Below, one piece after another: positions 41,783 through 51,934 of a stretch of 64,000 bases of DNA; within the stretch, counting starts at the first letter, position 1, and each line of letters opens with the position of its first letter. Both the position numbers and the translations under genes were made by a program. The notes below the pieces were generated by a model that made no database searches, was not told the origin of the DNA, and saw nothing but the letters and a program-made list of their open reading frames with translations. This DNA comes from Planctomycetota bacterium (lineage in GTDB: Bacteria; Planctomycetota; UBA8108; SXIK01): assembly GCA_965223845.1 (NCBI GenBank), contig CBDCXR010000004.1, positions 1,152,001 to 1,216,000 of the forward strand. The letters are read 5' to 3'.

Positions 41783-43183
41783 TCAGGGCAGCTCGCGAAC
41801 TTCGATGTTCTTCAGCTTCACGATCGTATTGCCGTGGTGCATCTGAAACGCGAAGTAACCTTCCTGATGCGCGTCGTTGCGGTGAACGACGACGACCTTT
41901 CCGTTCAGCTTCACGACGAAGCGGTCATCGACGGCGATGACGTGGAGATTGAACCAAAAGTTGCCGTCGTCCTTGGCCTTTTCGTAGCCGAGGTGGCGCT
42001 TGATGTCCTTATCGAGAAGGGTCGGCTGGGGGTAAAACGTTCCGCTCCGCTTCGGATCGCCGTCGTAGCCGTTATTGATCTGCGCCTCGTACCCGATCGG
42101 CCAGTTCTTCCACTTCCCGTCCTTCAGGTTTGCGGGCGAGCAGCGAAAGTACATGCCGCTGTTTCCGTTCGGATCGATATTGACGTCCGCGCGGTACTCG
42201 AAGTTTCGGAATTGGCGCTTCACGTAGTAAATGTGGCTCGAGCCCTTTTCCCACGTCCCCTGAAGGATTCCACCCGGCTGCACCGTCCAGTGGCGGCGAG
42301 TCTTCGCCGTGTCGTCGGTCGTCTCCCAGTCGGTGCCGAAATTGAGGGACTCGCCGTTGAAAATGCGCGTCCACTCCGAGCGCACCGGCGCGTGGCCGAC
42401 GCTCAGCTTGGCGGCGAACTCGTCCTTCGACTTGCGGACGTCCTCCTTGAGCGCCCAGCGGATGCCGGCGAGGAGGTGCTCCTGGTAGAGCGGATTGTCC
42501 CAGACGTCTTCGCGGTGGCCGAGTGACGTGTAGAACACGCGTCCTTCGCCGTGCGGCTTACACCAGGCGACGGGATAGTCGCCCTTCGTCACGTCGTGGC
42601 CGCCCTTCACGGGCGCCTCCTTGAGGCGAAGGATGACGTGGATGTTGTCGCGGGAGTAGTTCTTGAAGATGTAGATCTCGTCCTTGATACGCCAGGGCGA
42701 CGGCAGCATGCGCGCGGCGGGATGGGCGGGATCCTCGAGCTCGATCGTGACATCCTCGTGCCACGGGTGCCCGTTGAACGAGCCGCCGATCATTTCGTAA
42801 TAGGGAGCCCAGTCCTTGTACGTATCCGTCGCCGAGTGCGTACCGATGAACGCGCCCCCCGCATTGACGAATTCGATGAGAGCGTTGCGATTCTCCTCGC
42901 TGAGTGGGAACTGTTTCAGGTCTCCGGTCGTGTTCGCGAAGAGAACTCCGTCGAACGACTCGAGCGCTTCGGGAGTGATGAATGCGACGGAGTCCGTGAA
43001 GACGACCTCGAACGCGTTCGAGCGCCGAGCGATCTTCATCATGACCGTCGCGGCGTGCTCGCAGGAGCTGTGGTGGAACCCGGCGGTGCGATTGACGACG
43101 AGGAGGCGAGGTTTGTCGGCGGCGCTCGCGAGCGCCGGCAGAGCTGCCAAAAGAAGGACGAGAATCGATCGGACGAGCGGCAT
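41783..43183 (-). CDS. Secreted ThuA-like domain + DUF1080 domain protein
   Basis: ATG 43183 after AAGGAG, signal peptide; ThuA 'TAGFHHSS', 'GTHSATDT', 'IKDEIY', 'GRVFYTSLGH'; DUF1080 'IFNGESL', 'GNSGMYFR', 'GYEAQI', 'GYFAFQMH...KNIEVREL'. Confidence 0.85.
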   Translation of the reverse strand: MPLVRSILVLLLAALPALASAADKPRLLVVNRTAGFHHSSCEHAATVMMKIARRSNAFEVVFTDSVAFITPEALESFDGVLFANTTGDLKQFPLSEENRNALIEFVNAGGAFIGTHSATDTYKDWAPYYEMIGGSFNGHPWHEDVTIELEDPAHPAARMLPSPWRIKDEIYIFKNYSRDNIHVILRLKEAPVKGGHDVTKGDYPVAWCKPHGEGRVFYTSLGHREDVWDNPLYQEHLLAGIRWALKEDVRKSKDEFAAKLSVGHAPVRSEWTRIFNGESLNFGTDWETTDDTAKTRRHWTVQPGGILQGTWEKGSSHIYYVKRQFRNFEYRADVNIDPNGNSGMYFRCSPANLKDGKWKNWPIGYEAQINNGYDGDPKRSGTFYPQPTLLDKDIKRHLGYEKAKDDGNFWFNLHVIAVDDRFVVKLNGKVVVVHRNDAHQEGYFAFQMHHGNTIVKLKNIEVRELP

Positions 43184-43299
43184 GGAGTTCTCCTTCGTCT
43201 TGTGAGTGCGGGGCGACACGACCACGTGTCTCCACGCCGGAGGGGGGAACGCGCCCATTGTCTCGGCGCGCGACGGGAGAGAAAAGTCCGAAGCGTCTC

Positions 43300-44438
43300 T
43301 CAAGTCTCGCCGTAGGCCCAATCGAGCCACGGAAAGAGCGCCTCGAGCTCCGCGGTCTCGACGGTTCCTCCGCCCCAGAGCCGGAGCCCCGGAGGCGCGT
43401 CGCGGTAGGCGCCGATGTCGAACGCGACGCCTTCGTCTTCGAGCCTTGTCGCGATCGCCTTCGCCCTGCTCGCCTGCGCTTCCGCCGGGAGGGCGGAGAA
43501 CGCGGGCGCGACGATGCGCAGGCAGATCGACGTCGAGGAACGGTAGAGCGGATCGGCGGCGAGAAAATCGACCCAATCGGTGCGACTCACCCAGTCGCTC
43601 ACCGCGTCGAGGTTCTCGCGGCTTCGCGAGCGAAGCGCGGCGGCTCCACCGATCGCCTCGACCCAGCCGAGGCCGTCGAGGTAATCTTCGACGCAAAGGA
43701 GCGATGGCGTGTTGATCGTGTCGCCGCGGAAGATCCCTTCGATCAGCTTTCCTCCCTTCGTCAGCCGAAAGATCTTCGGCAGCGGCCACGGAGGTGAGTA
43801 CGACTCGAGTCGCTCGACCGCGCGCGGGCTGAGAATCAGCATTCCGTGCTGAGCCTCGCCGCCCAGAACCTTCTGCCAGGAGTACGTCGTCGCGTCGAGC
43901 TTCTCCCACGGCAGCTCCATCGCGAACGCCGCGGACGTCGCATCGCAGATCGTAGGCCGCCCCGATCGGCCGGAATCCAATCGCCGTCGGGAAGACAAAC
44001 TCCCGAGGTCGTCCCATTCCATACGAAGACGACGTCGCGGGTGAAATCGACTGCGGTGAGATCCGGCAGTTCGCCGTACTCGGCCTCGAGCACGCGCGCG
44101 TCAGAAAGACGAAGCTGCTTGACGACGTCCGTCACCCAGCCGGACGAAAAGCTCTCCCACGCGAGCAGGTCGACCGGTCGCTCGCCGAGGACCGACCAGA
44201 GGATCATCTCGACCGCGCCCGTATCGGAGGCGGGAACGATCCCGATGCGGTAGTCGGGAGGAACATCGAGAAGCTCGCGCGTGCGATCGATCGCCTCGCG
44301 CAGTTTCGCGCGCCCGGCTTTCGAGCGATGCGAGCGCCCGACGCAAGCGTCTCGGAGCGCTTCGACGCTCCATCCGGGACGCTTCGCGCACGGACCGGAC
44401 GAAAAGAAGGGACGAGCGGGCTTCGCGGTGGGCTTCAT
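43300..44438 (-). pseudogene. serC: Phosphoserine aminotransferase (Methanosarcina/alphaproteobacterial type), 1-bp frameshift (possibly an assembly error)
   Basis: N-half '[13 protein letters not shown]...GRSHRS...PASDTGAVE...WNGTTSGV' is in one frame. C-half '[11 protein letters not shown]...[14 protein letters not shown]...INTPS...GLRLWGG' is in another. The junction near 43954 reads ggc ct- acg atc tgc. Confidence 0.88.
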
Positions 44439-44756
44439 GATTCGGTGGGCAGCGAGGGACGAAGAGCGTCCGCGCGCGCTCGGAGACGCCGCCGGACGGG
44501 AAAATTCGAGCGGTGAGTCTACCGAGGCGATCCGGCGATTCCTCGACAAATCTCCCCGCTCTCGCACCCTCGATCCAACCCTCTTCGCCGCCGGACGTAG
44601 CGGTAACTCCCGCGCGCTGAACCGGAACCCCCGATCGGCCGATAGAACCCATTACCTGTCCGTTCGATCGCCGAATCGGACCGACGCCCGGACGTACGGC
44701 GCGGTGTGAACCACGGCTCCCCCGGCAGCTCGAACCGGCTCAGATTGAGGTGGGAC

Positions 44757-45902
44757 ATGAGAGGAATCTCGATCCGAATGATCGCGGCGACCGTCGTCGC
44801 ACTGGCCGTCGGTTGCGGTGGCGGTGGGGGCGGGGGAGGCGGCGGTACGACGAGCGGAAACGCGCGTCCCGTCGTTCCTCACGAAGAGGGGAAGGACGCT
44901 TGCATCGAGATCAGCGTCGTTCAGAGCTCGACGGAGCAGCCCGCCGCGGTATCGCTCTTTTTTCAGGTCGAGAACTGTCGCGGCGACCCGGTGCGCGACC
45001 TCGTCGACGACAGCTTCACGATTTTCGAGAACGGCGCGCAGGTGTCGAGCTTCGAGAGCCGCCACCAGATTTTCTGTAAGGCGCAGCAGTTCCGTTCGTT
45101 CAATCTGCTTCTCCTCGACCTCAGCGCGAGCGTCATCGGTGAGGACGGGGGCGGTATCGATCGCCTGAAGGAAGCTGCGGGCGGGTTCGTCGACAGCATT
45201 CTTCTTCCGGTCCGGGACGACGACGGCAACGCGCACGACACCGACGTTCAGCGTGTCGCCATCTACTGGTTCGACGGTTCCGCGACGATTTATCCGCTCG
45301 TCGACTTCACCGACGATCGAGCGGCACTTCTCGACGGCGTCGCGTCGCTCGACGCGTCGTTCGCGATCGACAATTCGACGAATCTCTACGGCTCGGTGAT
45401 GATTGGGGTCGACACGCTCAACGCGGCGCGGAGCCGAGCGCGGAGCCGAGAGGCGATTCCGTTTACGATCGGCTCCCTCACGATTTTTACCGACGGCACC
45501 GACCAGGCCGGCCGCGCGACGCTCGCGAACGCCCTTCGCAAGGTGACCGCGTATGACAACTACGTCTTTACGATCGGGCTTGGACGGGAGATCGACGCCA
45601 CTGTTCTCCACCAGATCGGGAAGTCCGGCTCGAAGATCATCCCGCCGGGCGCGACCCCCGAGGACGAGCTTCGCGGCATCGTCGACGCCTTTCGCGATTT
45701 CGGCGAGCGGATCGAGGCGATCGCGAACAGCTTCTATCTGCTCAAGTACTGTTCGCCGAAACGAGCCGGCACGCACACTCTCACGCTCGTCGCGACGCGC
45801 GGGGAGGAGACCGGCCAGGCTTCGAGTCGGTTCCGTGCGGACGGATTCGAGTTCGGCTGCGTGATTCCGGACGGCACGCCGCTCAGCGAATGCGCGCGGT
45901 AG
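44757..45902 (+). CDS. VWA-domain lipoprotein
   Basis: Lipobox LAVGC plus poly-Gly linker; MIDAS 'LLLDLSASV', 'STNLYG', 'IFTDGTD', 'FTIGLG'. Confidence 0.8.
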   Translation: MRGISIRMIAATVVALAVGCGGGGGGGGGGTTSGNARPVVPHEEGKDACIEISVVQSSTEQPAAVSLFFQVENCRGDPVRDLVDDSFTIFENGAQVSSFESRHQIFCKAQQFRSFNLLLLDLSASVIGEDGGGIDRLKEAAGGFVDSILLPVRDDDGNAHDTDVQRVAIYWFDGSATIYPLVDFTDDRAALLDGVASLDASFAIDNSTNLYGSVMIGVDTLNAARSRARSREAIPFTIGSLTIFTDGTDQAGRATLANALRKVTAYDNYVFTIGLGREIDATVLHQIGKSGSKIIPPGATPEDELRGIVDAFRDFGERIEAIANSFYLLKYCSPKRAGTHTLTLVATRGEETGQASSRFRADGFEFGCVIPDGTPLSECAR

Positions 45903-45921
45903 TTCGAGCCTTCGCAAATCC

Positions 45922-47028
45922 TTAGGAGAGGATCTGCGTCAGCTTCTCCGGATCGCGGCCGAAGCGTTCGCGGAACTCACCGACCGTCGGACGGAGCCGC
46001 ACTTCGACCTTCGCGTCGTGGTGGAGGGCGATCGACTCCAAGCGATGGTCGAGGTACGGATTACGAAACCGCGTGAGTGTTTCTTCCGCGTACTCGCGTA
46101 CTCCGGCGACCCGTCCGTCTAGGGTCGCGACGATTTCGTCGAAGAGGAGCTCGCGGAGCCATTCTCCGATCGCAGGATCCTCGACGGCTTCGCGGACCGT
46201 GTCGAACCCGAGCGGCATCGCCTTCGTGACGAGTGCCGAATGTGCGCCGTTGAGGACTCTCACCTTTCGCAGGTGATACGGTGCGACGTCGGTCGTACGG
46301 ATGATCGCCGGATGATCGAAGAGCGCGCGAGCCCGCGGTAGGTCCTCGATGACCCAGAGCGCGTATGGCTCGGCGCAGGTGACGAGCGCGTCGGTTGCGA
46401 GAAGCGGATGCTCGTCGGGGGGGCCCGGGACGATTCGGTCGACGAGTGTGTTCGGCCACGTACACTCACTCGAGATCCAGCGGCGGGTCCCGTTGTCGAC
46501 ACCCCAGCGCGTCGCGAGCTCGAGGACGACCGAGCGCAGTCGATCGGCGTTGTTCTCGAACAGCTCGCAGGGAAGGACGGTGAGCGGTGGCGATCCGCTT
46601 CTCGCACGGTGGGCGAGGCACGCGAGCAGCTTCGCCGGGAACGATCGCGGGGGGAGATCGTCCGGCGCGTCTCGTGGATCGAGGTCGTATCCCTTCTCCG
46701 TCGTGTTCGAGACGATCCAGGCGAGCTCGGGACTCGCCGCGACGCGGAGGATCTCGTTCCACGCGTCCGCAGCCGCGAGCGCGCGGGAAACGCTTGCGAC
46801 GGTCTTGATCGACTCCGCGGCTTTTCCGTCGACCAGACCGCGCACGATGACGTGGTAGCGCCCTCTCTGACGCTCGAGGGCGTCCGCGCGCGTCGTTCCC
46901 ATCGACTGGACGACGACGACGCTCCCGGCGTCCTGTCCACTGGCGTTCGCCTCCTCGACGAAGAGATCGACGAACGCACGGAGGAAATTCCCCGTTCCAA
47001 ACTGGAGGATCGTCTCTCGCTGATCCAT
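45922..47028 (-). CDS. uxaB: Altronate oxidoreductase (tagaturonate reductase), mannitol dehydrogenase family
   Basis: 'LQFGTGNFLRAF', 'SNTTE', 'SFPAKL', 'LPCEL', 'NTLVDRIV', 'EPYALWVIE', 'KVRVLNGAH', 'RFRNPYLDH'. Confidence 0.85.
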   Translation of the reverse strand: MDQRETILQFGTGNFLRAFVDLFVEEANASGQDAGSVVVVQSMGTTRADALERQRGRYHVIVRGLVDGKAAESIKTVASVSRALAAADAWNEILRVAASPELAWIVSNTTEKGYDLDPRDAPDDLPPRSFPAKLLACLAHRARSGSPPLTVLPCELFENNADRLRSVVLELATRWGVDNGTRRWISSECTWPNTLVDRIVPGPPDEHPLLATDALVTCAEPYALWVIEDLPRARALFDHPAIIRTTDVAPYHLRKVRVLNGAHSALVTKAMPLGFDTVREAVEDPAIGEWLRELLFDEIVATLDGRVAGVREYAEETLTRFRNPYLDHRLESIALHHDAKVEVRLRPTVGEFRERFGRDPEKLTQILS

Positions 47029-47263
47029 GAAGACTCACCGGCAGAGGAAGAAACGCGAACTGTAGCGAATCCACTCGGGCGGCGACAGGAGAAACGGCGG
47101 GGCGCGAAGCTACCGGCCACCGCTGCGTTTCTCGGGGCCGCGCCCTGCGCTTGCGTTTTTCCCGCGCCGCCCGAAGATGCGAACGACCACCGCGTCGGTC
47201 CTCGGCTGTCCGCCGACCGGTGGGGCAGAAGTACCGCCCCGAGAATGGAGTCGCAGCGTGACC

Positions 47264-47914
47264 ATGAAACTGGCCCTCAGGATCGCGATCGGTCTCTCCG
47301 TGCTCGTCGGCGTCTTGCTTCTCGGCGGACTCCTCTGCCCGAGTGGCTGGGACGTTCAGCGTGAGATTCGCACCACCGCGGAGCCCACTGTCGTTTTCGC
47401 GAAGGTCGCCGACTTCCGAGAGTGGGATCGCTGGTCGCCGCGAACGCGGGGAACCGAGTGGGACGTCGAGACGTCGAGCGAGGGACCCCACGGCGCCGTG
47501 GGCGCCGAACGCACGTGGAAGGGAGACCGGGTCGGCTCGGGACGCATGACCGCCACCGCGGTCGATTCTCCCCGGGAGTTCGCCTACGAGCTCGACGTCG
47601 GTGGAATGTACTCCGGTGCCGGTGTCGTCTCGATCGAGTCTGACGGGGACACGACGGTCGTCCGGTGGCGCGAATCGGGCGATGTCGGCTACGACCTATT
47701 TAGCCGTTATTTCATGCTCGCGATGGACTCGATCGTCGGCGCCGAGCTCGAGCGAGGACTCGAGCGTTTGCGAACGGTGGTCGAAGACCCCGGTGCCGGA
47801 GGCGGTGTCGGCGAAGGTGAAGCTCCCGCCGATGGAAATGCGAAGGACGGAGCCGAATCGACGGACGCTGACGGGGATGCGCCGTCAACAAACTCCGCCG
47901 AAGCCCCGCGCTGA
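47264..47914 (+). CDS. SRPBCC (polyketide cyclase/START-like) family membrane-anchored protein
   Basis: N-terminal TM; 'VQREIRTTAEPTVVF...WDRWSP', 'GAVGAERTW', 'TTVVRW', 'ELERGLERLR'. Confidence 0.85.
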   Translation: MKLALRIAIGLSVLVGVLLLGGLLCPSGWDVQREIRTTAEPTVVFAKVADFREWDRWSPRTRGTEWDVETSSEGPHGAVGAERTWKGDRVGSGRMTATAVDSPREFAYELDVGGMYSGAGVVSIESDGDTTVVRWRESGDVGYDLFSRYFMLAMDSIVGAELERGLERLRTVVEDPGAGGGVGEGEAPADGNAKDGAESTDADGDAPSTNSAEAPR

Positions 47915-47924
47915 ACGACGACCG

Positions 47925-48884
47925 TCACTCGGCGCCGAGAACGTCGCGAAGCTGGGCGACCGAGATGTTTCCTCCGCTCAGCACCACGCCGACCTTTCGA
48001 CCCCGGAGCGAGTCACGGAGCCGAATCGCAGCGGCGAGAGCGGCCGCACCCGCTCCCTCGGCGAGCGAGCGCGTCTTTTCGAGGTAGAGCCGAACCGCCC
48101 GCCGAATGTCCTCCTCGCTCACGAGGACGAAGTCGTCGAGTCTCTCGCGGAGCACGGACTGCGTCAGGCTGAAGGAGCTCTGTGTCGCGAGCCCTTCGGC
48201 GAAGGTCGTCGACGGCGCGACGACGGGCCGTCGTTCGCGCCAGGATCGGTAACTCGCGGGCGCTTCTTCGGACGTCACGCCGATGATCCTCGCGTCCGGC
48301 GCGATCGCGTCCCGCACGATACAGCACGCCGACGCGCCGCTTCCACCACCGATGGGAACGATGAGCGTATCGATGCGCACTCTCGAGCTGAAGATTTCGA
48401 GCGCGTACGTCGCGACGCCCGCGATGAGATCGGGCTCGTTCGCCGCGTGCACGTAGCGGAGGCCGCGCGCGGCGGCTTCCGCTTCCACGCGCTCGCGCGT
48501 TTCGTCGTAGTAGTTCCCGTGAACGAGAATGTTCGCGCCGAGCGCGCGCATCGAATCGACCTTGCCCGGATTCGCTCCTTCGGGAACTCCGATGGTCGTA
48601 GGGACACCGAGGACGCGTCCAGCGTACGCGAGTGACTGACCGTGGTTGCCCGTCGACGCGGCGATGATCCCCGCGCTCCGCTCGGACGCACTCAGTCGCG
48701 ACAGGAGATAGACACCGCCGCGAATCTTGAACGAACCGATCGCCGTGTGATTCTCGTGTTTCACATAGAGCTCGAGCCCGATTGCCGCATCGAGCGCGGG
48801 ATAGGATGTGAGCGGGGTCGGGGGGACGAGCGACGCGAGCGAGTTGCGCGCGTCGAACACTTCGCGAATCGTAGGTGGGTTCAT
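47925..48884 (-). CDS. PLP-dependent threonine/serine dehydratase family protein (no regulatory domain)
   Basis: 'YVKHEN...GSFKIRG' (PLP Lys), 'ASTGNHGQ', 'PIGGGSG', 'TFAEGLA', 'AEGAGAA', 'LSGGNI'. Confidence 0.9.
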   Translation of the reverse strand: MNPPTIREVFDARNSLASLVPPTPLTSYPALDAAIGLELYVKHENHTAIGSFKIRGGVYLLSRLSASERSAGIIAASTGNHGQSLAYAGRVLGVPTTIGVPEGANPGKVDSMRALGANILVHGNYYDETRERVEAEAAARGLRYVHAANEPDLIAGVATYALEIFSSRVRIDTLIVPIGGGSGASACCIVRDAIAPDARIIGVTSEEAPASYRSWRERRPVVAPSTTFAEGLATQSSFSLTQSVLRERLDDFVLVSEEDIRRAVRLYLEKTRSLAEGAGAAALAAAIRLRDSLRGRKVGVVLSGGNISVAQLRDVLGAE

Positions 48885-49058
48885 GGCGTCGGGTGAGCGG
48901 GGGAAACGAATCCCCGGAGACGAGCGGAGCGAGGACGTGCGCGCTTCGCGCTCGCGCCGGAAGGGGCTGATCGGCCTATCTTGCATCTGCGGCGTCCGGT
49001 TTCTATTCTCGGTCTCGCCGAATCTTTCGACCGAACCCGAAGTCTGGCGGGGAATCCC

Positions 49059-49358
49059 ATGCTCTCGCACAACGTCTACTTCACACTCTCGGACGACTCG
49101 ACCGAGGCCCAGAGCCGCCTTCTCTCGGCATGCCGGAAGTACCTCACCGGCCACCCCGGCGAGGTCCATTTTTCCTGCGGGACGGTGTCGTCGCTGAATC
49201 GACCCGTGAACGATCGCACGTTCCACGTGGGGCTCACCATCGTGTTCGAGAGCCGCGCCGCACACGACGCGTATCAGGTGCATCCGCGACACGAGGAATT
49301 CATCGCGGAGAACAAGGACAACTGGGCGCAAGTGCGCGTCTTCGACGTCGAGAGTTGA
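49059..49358 (+). CDS. Dabb family (stress-responsive A/B barrel) protein
   Basis: 'MLSHNVYFTL', 'VGLTIVFESRAAHDAYQVHPRH', 'VRVFD'. Confidence 0.9.
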   Translation: MLSHNVYFTLSDDSTEAQSRLLSACRKYLTGHPGEVHFSCGTVSSLNRPVNDRTFHVGLTIVFESRAAHDAYQVHPRHEEFIAENKDNWAQVRVFDVES

Positions 49359-49383
49359 TCGACGACTCGTCGGTGCCCCGAAC

Positions 49384-50637
49384 ATGAAGCGATTCCGACG
49401 ACGATTCGCCGCTGCTCTCGCGGTGACAGCGCTCGCCGGGGGCCAAGCCGCGATCCGTGCGAACGACGGCGAACCACCGCTCTCGGGTGAACCGTGGACG
49501 CGCCACACGATTGACCGCGGAGGCAAGGGCGACCGCGGAGCGAAGGGCGCCGACGGCGTCAAGCTCGCCGACGTCGATCGCGATGGTCGCGTCGACATCG
49601 TCACGGGCTGGGAAGAGTCCGGAATCGTTCGCGTCGCGTTTCAGCCGGAGCGCGAACGGATCCGCGATCCCTGGACGGCGTGCACGATCGGCGCTGCACG
49701 TGCCGTCGAGGATGCCCATCCGATCGACCTCGATGCGGACGGTCGAATCGACATCGTCGCCGCGAGCGAAGGAAGCACCCGGACACTGACGGTGTTTTGG
49801 GGGCCGAAGGACTCGAGCCGCGCTCGCGACACGGACGCGTGGCCGGCCGGCGAGGTTCTCCCCGCGTCGGCGGACCGGATGGCGTGGATGTTCTGCGCGT
49901 CGTCGGATGTCGATCGTGACGGTCGACTCGATCTCGTCGCGGGCGGAAAGGGGGCGGGGGCTGCGATCGGCTGGTTTCGCGCCCCCGCCGACGCGCGCCG
50001 GCTCGAAGCATGGACGTGGAACGAGCTGCGCACCGCCGGGTGGGTGATGACGATCGCGCCGGTCGATGTCGATGCGGACGGATTCGAGGATCTCGTCGTC
50101 ACCGATCGCAAGGGGGCGCGTCGCGGCGCGGTGTGGCTCCGGCATCCCGGGAAGCGCCGAACGGAGGACGCGTGGCGCGAGTTCCCGATCGGAGCGATCG
50201 GGCGCGAAGTGATGTTCGCGGATGTGGGGGACTTCGACGCCGATGGCCGCGTCGACGTCGCCTTCGCGGTAAAGCCGAAGTCACTCGAGATCGCGTTCCA
50301 ACGAGGGAAAGGCGCGGCGAGGTGGGAGGTGGAGAGCGCCGCGATTCCGCCGAACGCCGGCACCGCGAAATCGCTCGCCGTCGGCGATCTCGACGGCGAC
50401 GGGACGGCGGATCTCGTCTACACGTGTGAAGGGGCGAAAGGAAGGATCGGCGCGGGGTGGATCGCGCGGGGCGCTCGACGCCACCGCGATCTCGGCGGCG
50501 CGCGCGGAACGAAGTTCGACTACGTGGTCCTTCGCGACCTCGACGGTGACGGCGACCTCGACGCGATCACCTGCGAAGAGCGCGAGCAGCTCGGCGTCGT
50601 GTGGTACGAAAACCGGCGCCGCGGCTCGAGGGAGTGA
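49384..50637 (+). CDS. Secreted FG-GAP/VCBS repeat protein
   Basis: Signal peptide; seven 'D-x-D-x-D-G-x-x-D' repeats (e.g. ADVDRDGRVDIV, DLDADGRIDIV, DLDGDGDLDAI) and C-terminal 'VVWYEN'. Confidence 0.88.
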   Translation: MKRFRRRFAAALAVTALAGGQAAIRANDGEPPLSGEPWTRHTIDRGGKGDRGAKGADGVKLADVDRDGRVDIVTGWEESGIVRVAFQPERERIRDPWTACTIGAARAVEDAHPIDLDADGRIDIVAASEGSTRTLTVFWGPKDSSRARDTDAWPAGEVLPASADRMAWMFCASSDVDRDGRLDLVAGGKGAGAAIGWFRAPADARRLEAWTWNELRTAGWVMTIAPVDVDADGFEDLVVTDRKGARRGAVWLRHPGKRRTEDAWREFPIGAIGREVMFADVGDFDADGRVDVAFAVKPKSLEIAFQRGKGAARWEVESAAIPPNAGTAKSLAVGDLDGDGTADLVYTCEGAKGRIGAGWIARGARRHRDLGGARGTKFDYVVLRDLDGDGDLDAITCEEREQLGVVWYENRRRGSRE

Positions 50638-50767
50638 CGCGCGCTCGGTTTCCCCTGCGGCGGGTCCGCACGAGGGACCTGACGGAGCACCCGAAGGGTT
50701 CCCGGGATTGGGGCTTTGGACGGGAGTTGCGCCCTCTGAATCGACCCGCAAACGCTTCCGAGTTTTC

Positions 50768-50776
50768 TGGTACGAT
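50768..50776 (+). promoter_or_regulatory. Putative extended -10 element upstream of the FGE-family gene
   Basis: TG-g-TACGAT at 50768-50776 in a locally AT-richer intergenic stretch, about 80 nt before ATG 50854. Confidence 0.35.
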
Positions 50777-50853
50777 AGGGGTCTGTCCGCCGCGCGGCTC
50801 GGCTGCGGCGGGGCAAAAGCCCTTCCCTTCAAACGCAATCAGTGGATCTGACG

Positions 50854-51831
50854 ATGTCCCGCAATCCCTCGTCTCACCGTCTCGTCCTTCATGCTTGTTT
50901 GACGCTCCTCGCCTGCACGCTCGTCCCCGCGACCGCGGCCCAGGCCCAAGCCGGGGAGGCTCCGAAAAAAGAGGAGGCCGCGGCGAAGGTCGAGCCCGGA
51001 CCCGAGCTGAAGAATTCGGTCGGAATGAAGTTTCGGCTCGTCCGCGCGGGCGAATTCGAGATGGGCTCGACGAATGAATTCGGTCGGTACGCGCACGAGC
51101 ATCGCCACCAGGTAAAGCTCACCAAGGCGTTTCACATGGGGGCGTGCGAAGTCACGCAGGAGCAGTACGCGAAGGTCATGGGCGGAAACCCGAGCTTCTT
51201 CGCCGCAAGCGGCAAGCACGCGGAGAAGGTGAAGGGGATGGAGACCGCGAAGTTCCCGGTGGAGGGCGTTTCGTGGCACGACGCGATCGAGTTCTGTAAG
51301 AAGCTCTCCGCACGCCCGGAGGAGCAAGCCGCCGGCCGGACGTACCGTTTGCCGACGGAGGCGGAGTGGGAATACGCGTGCCGTGCAGGGACCACCACGG
51401 TCTTTCACTACGGCGAGTCCCTCTCTTCGAAGCAGGCGAACTTCGACGGCAATCACCCGTATCTCGAGCGTCAGGATGTGATCAAGGGCGAGAGCCCGGA
51501 GAAGCTGAAGGGACCCTATCTCGGACGTCCGGCGGCGGTTGCGTCGTACGAACCGAACGCATTCGGGCTCTACGACATGCACGGAAACGTCTGGGAATGG
51601 GTCGCTGACTGGTACAGCCCCGTTTACTACAAGAGTTCGCCGGATACGGATCCGGCGGGCCCCGAAGAGGGCACAGAGAAGGTCGCGCGCGGCGGCGGCT
51701 GGTACTATTTCGCCGCCGGATGTCGCTCGGCGAGCCGGTATTACCGCAAGCCGGAAGAGAAGAACGATCTCTACGGCTTTCGAGTCGTGTGCGTGCAGGG
51801 GAAGCCGAGCGGGCGCGTGCGGCGATTCTGA
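50854..51831 (+). CDS. Formylglycine-generating enzyme (SUMF1/FGE-sulfatase) family secreted protein
   Basis: 'NSVGMKF', 'GEFEMGS', 'EVTQEQY', 'YRLPTEAEWEYACRAG', 'NAFGLYDMHGNVWEW', 'RGGGW', 'GFRVV'. Confidence 0.92.
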   Translation: MSRNPSSHRLVLHACLTLLACTLVPATAAQAQAGEAPKKEEAAAKVEPGPELKNSVGMKFRLVRAGEFEMGSTNEFGRYAHEHRHQVKLTKAFHMGACEVTQEQYAKVMGGNPSFFAASGKHAEKVKGMETAKFPVEGVSWHDAIEFCKKLSARPEEQAAGRTYRLPTEAEWEYACRAGTTTVFHYGESLSSKQANFDGNHPYLERQDVIKGESPEKLKGPYLGRPAAVASYEPNAFGLYDMHGNVWEWVADWYSPVYYKSSPDTDPAGPEEGTEKVARGGGWYYFAAGCRSASRYYRKPEEKNDLYGFRVVCVQGKPSGRVRRF

Positions 51832-51934
51832 TTCTCGAATCGCGTCGTTCGCCCGACGCTGGTCACACCGCGCAGAATCGGTCGCGCTCGCGAGTTGAGC
51901 GAGCTCGCGATCGTCGTCACCCTCGGCGCACGCA

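Noticed and set aside
43184-44017. Apparent 744-aa ThuA/DUF1080 ORF extension
   Set aside because: It is an alternative frame over serC. The real start is ATG 43183, with an RBS and signal peptide.
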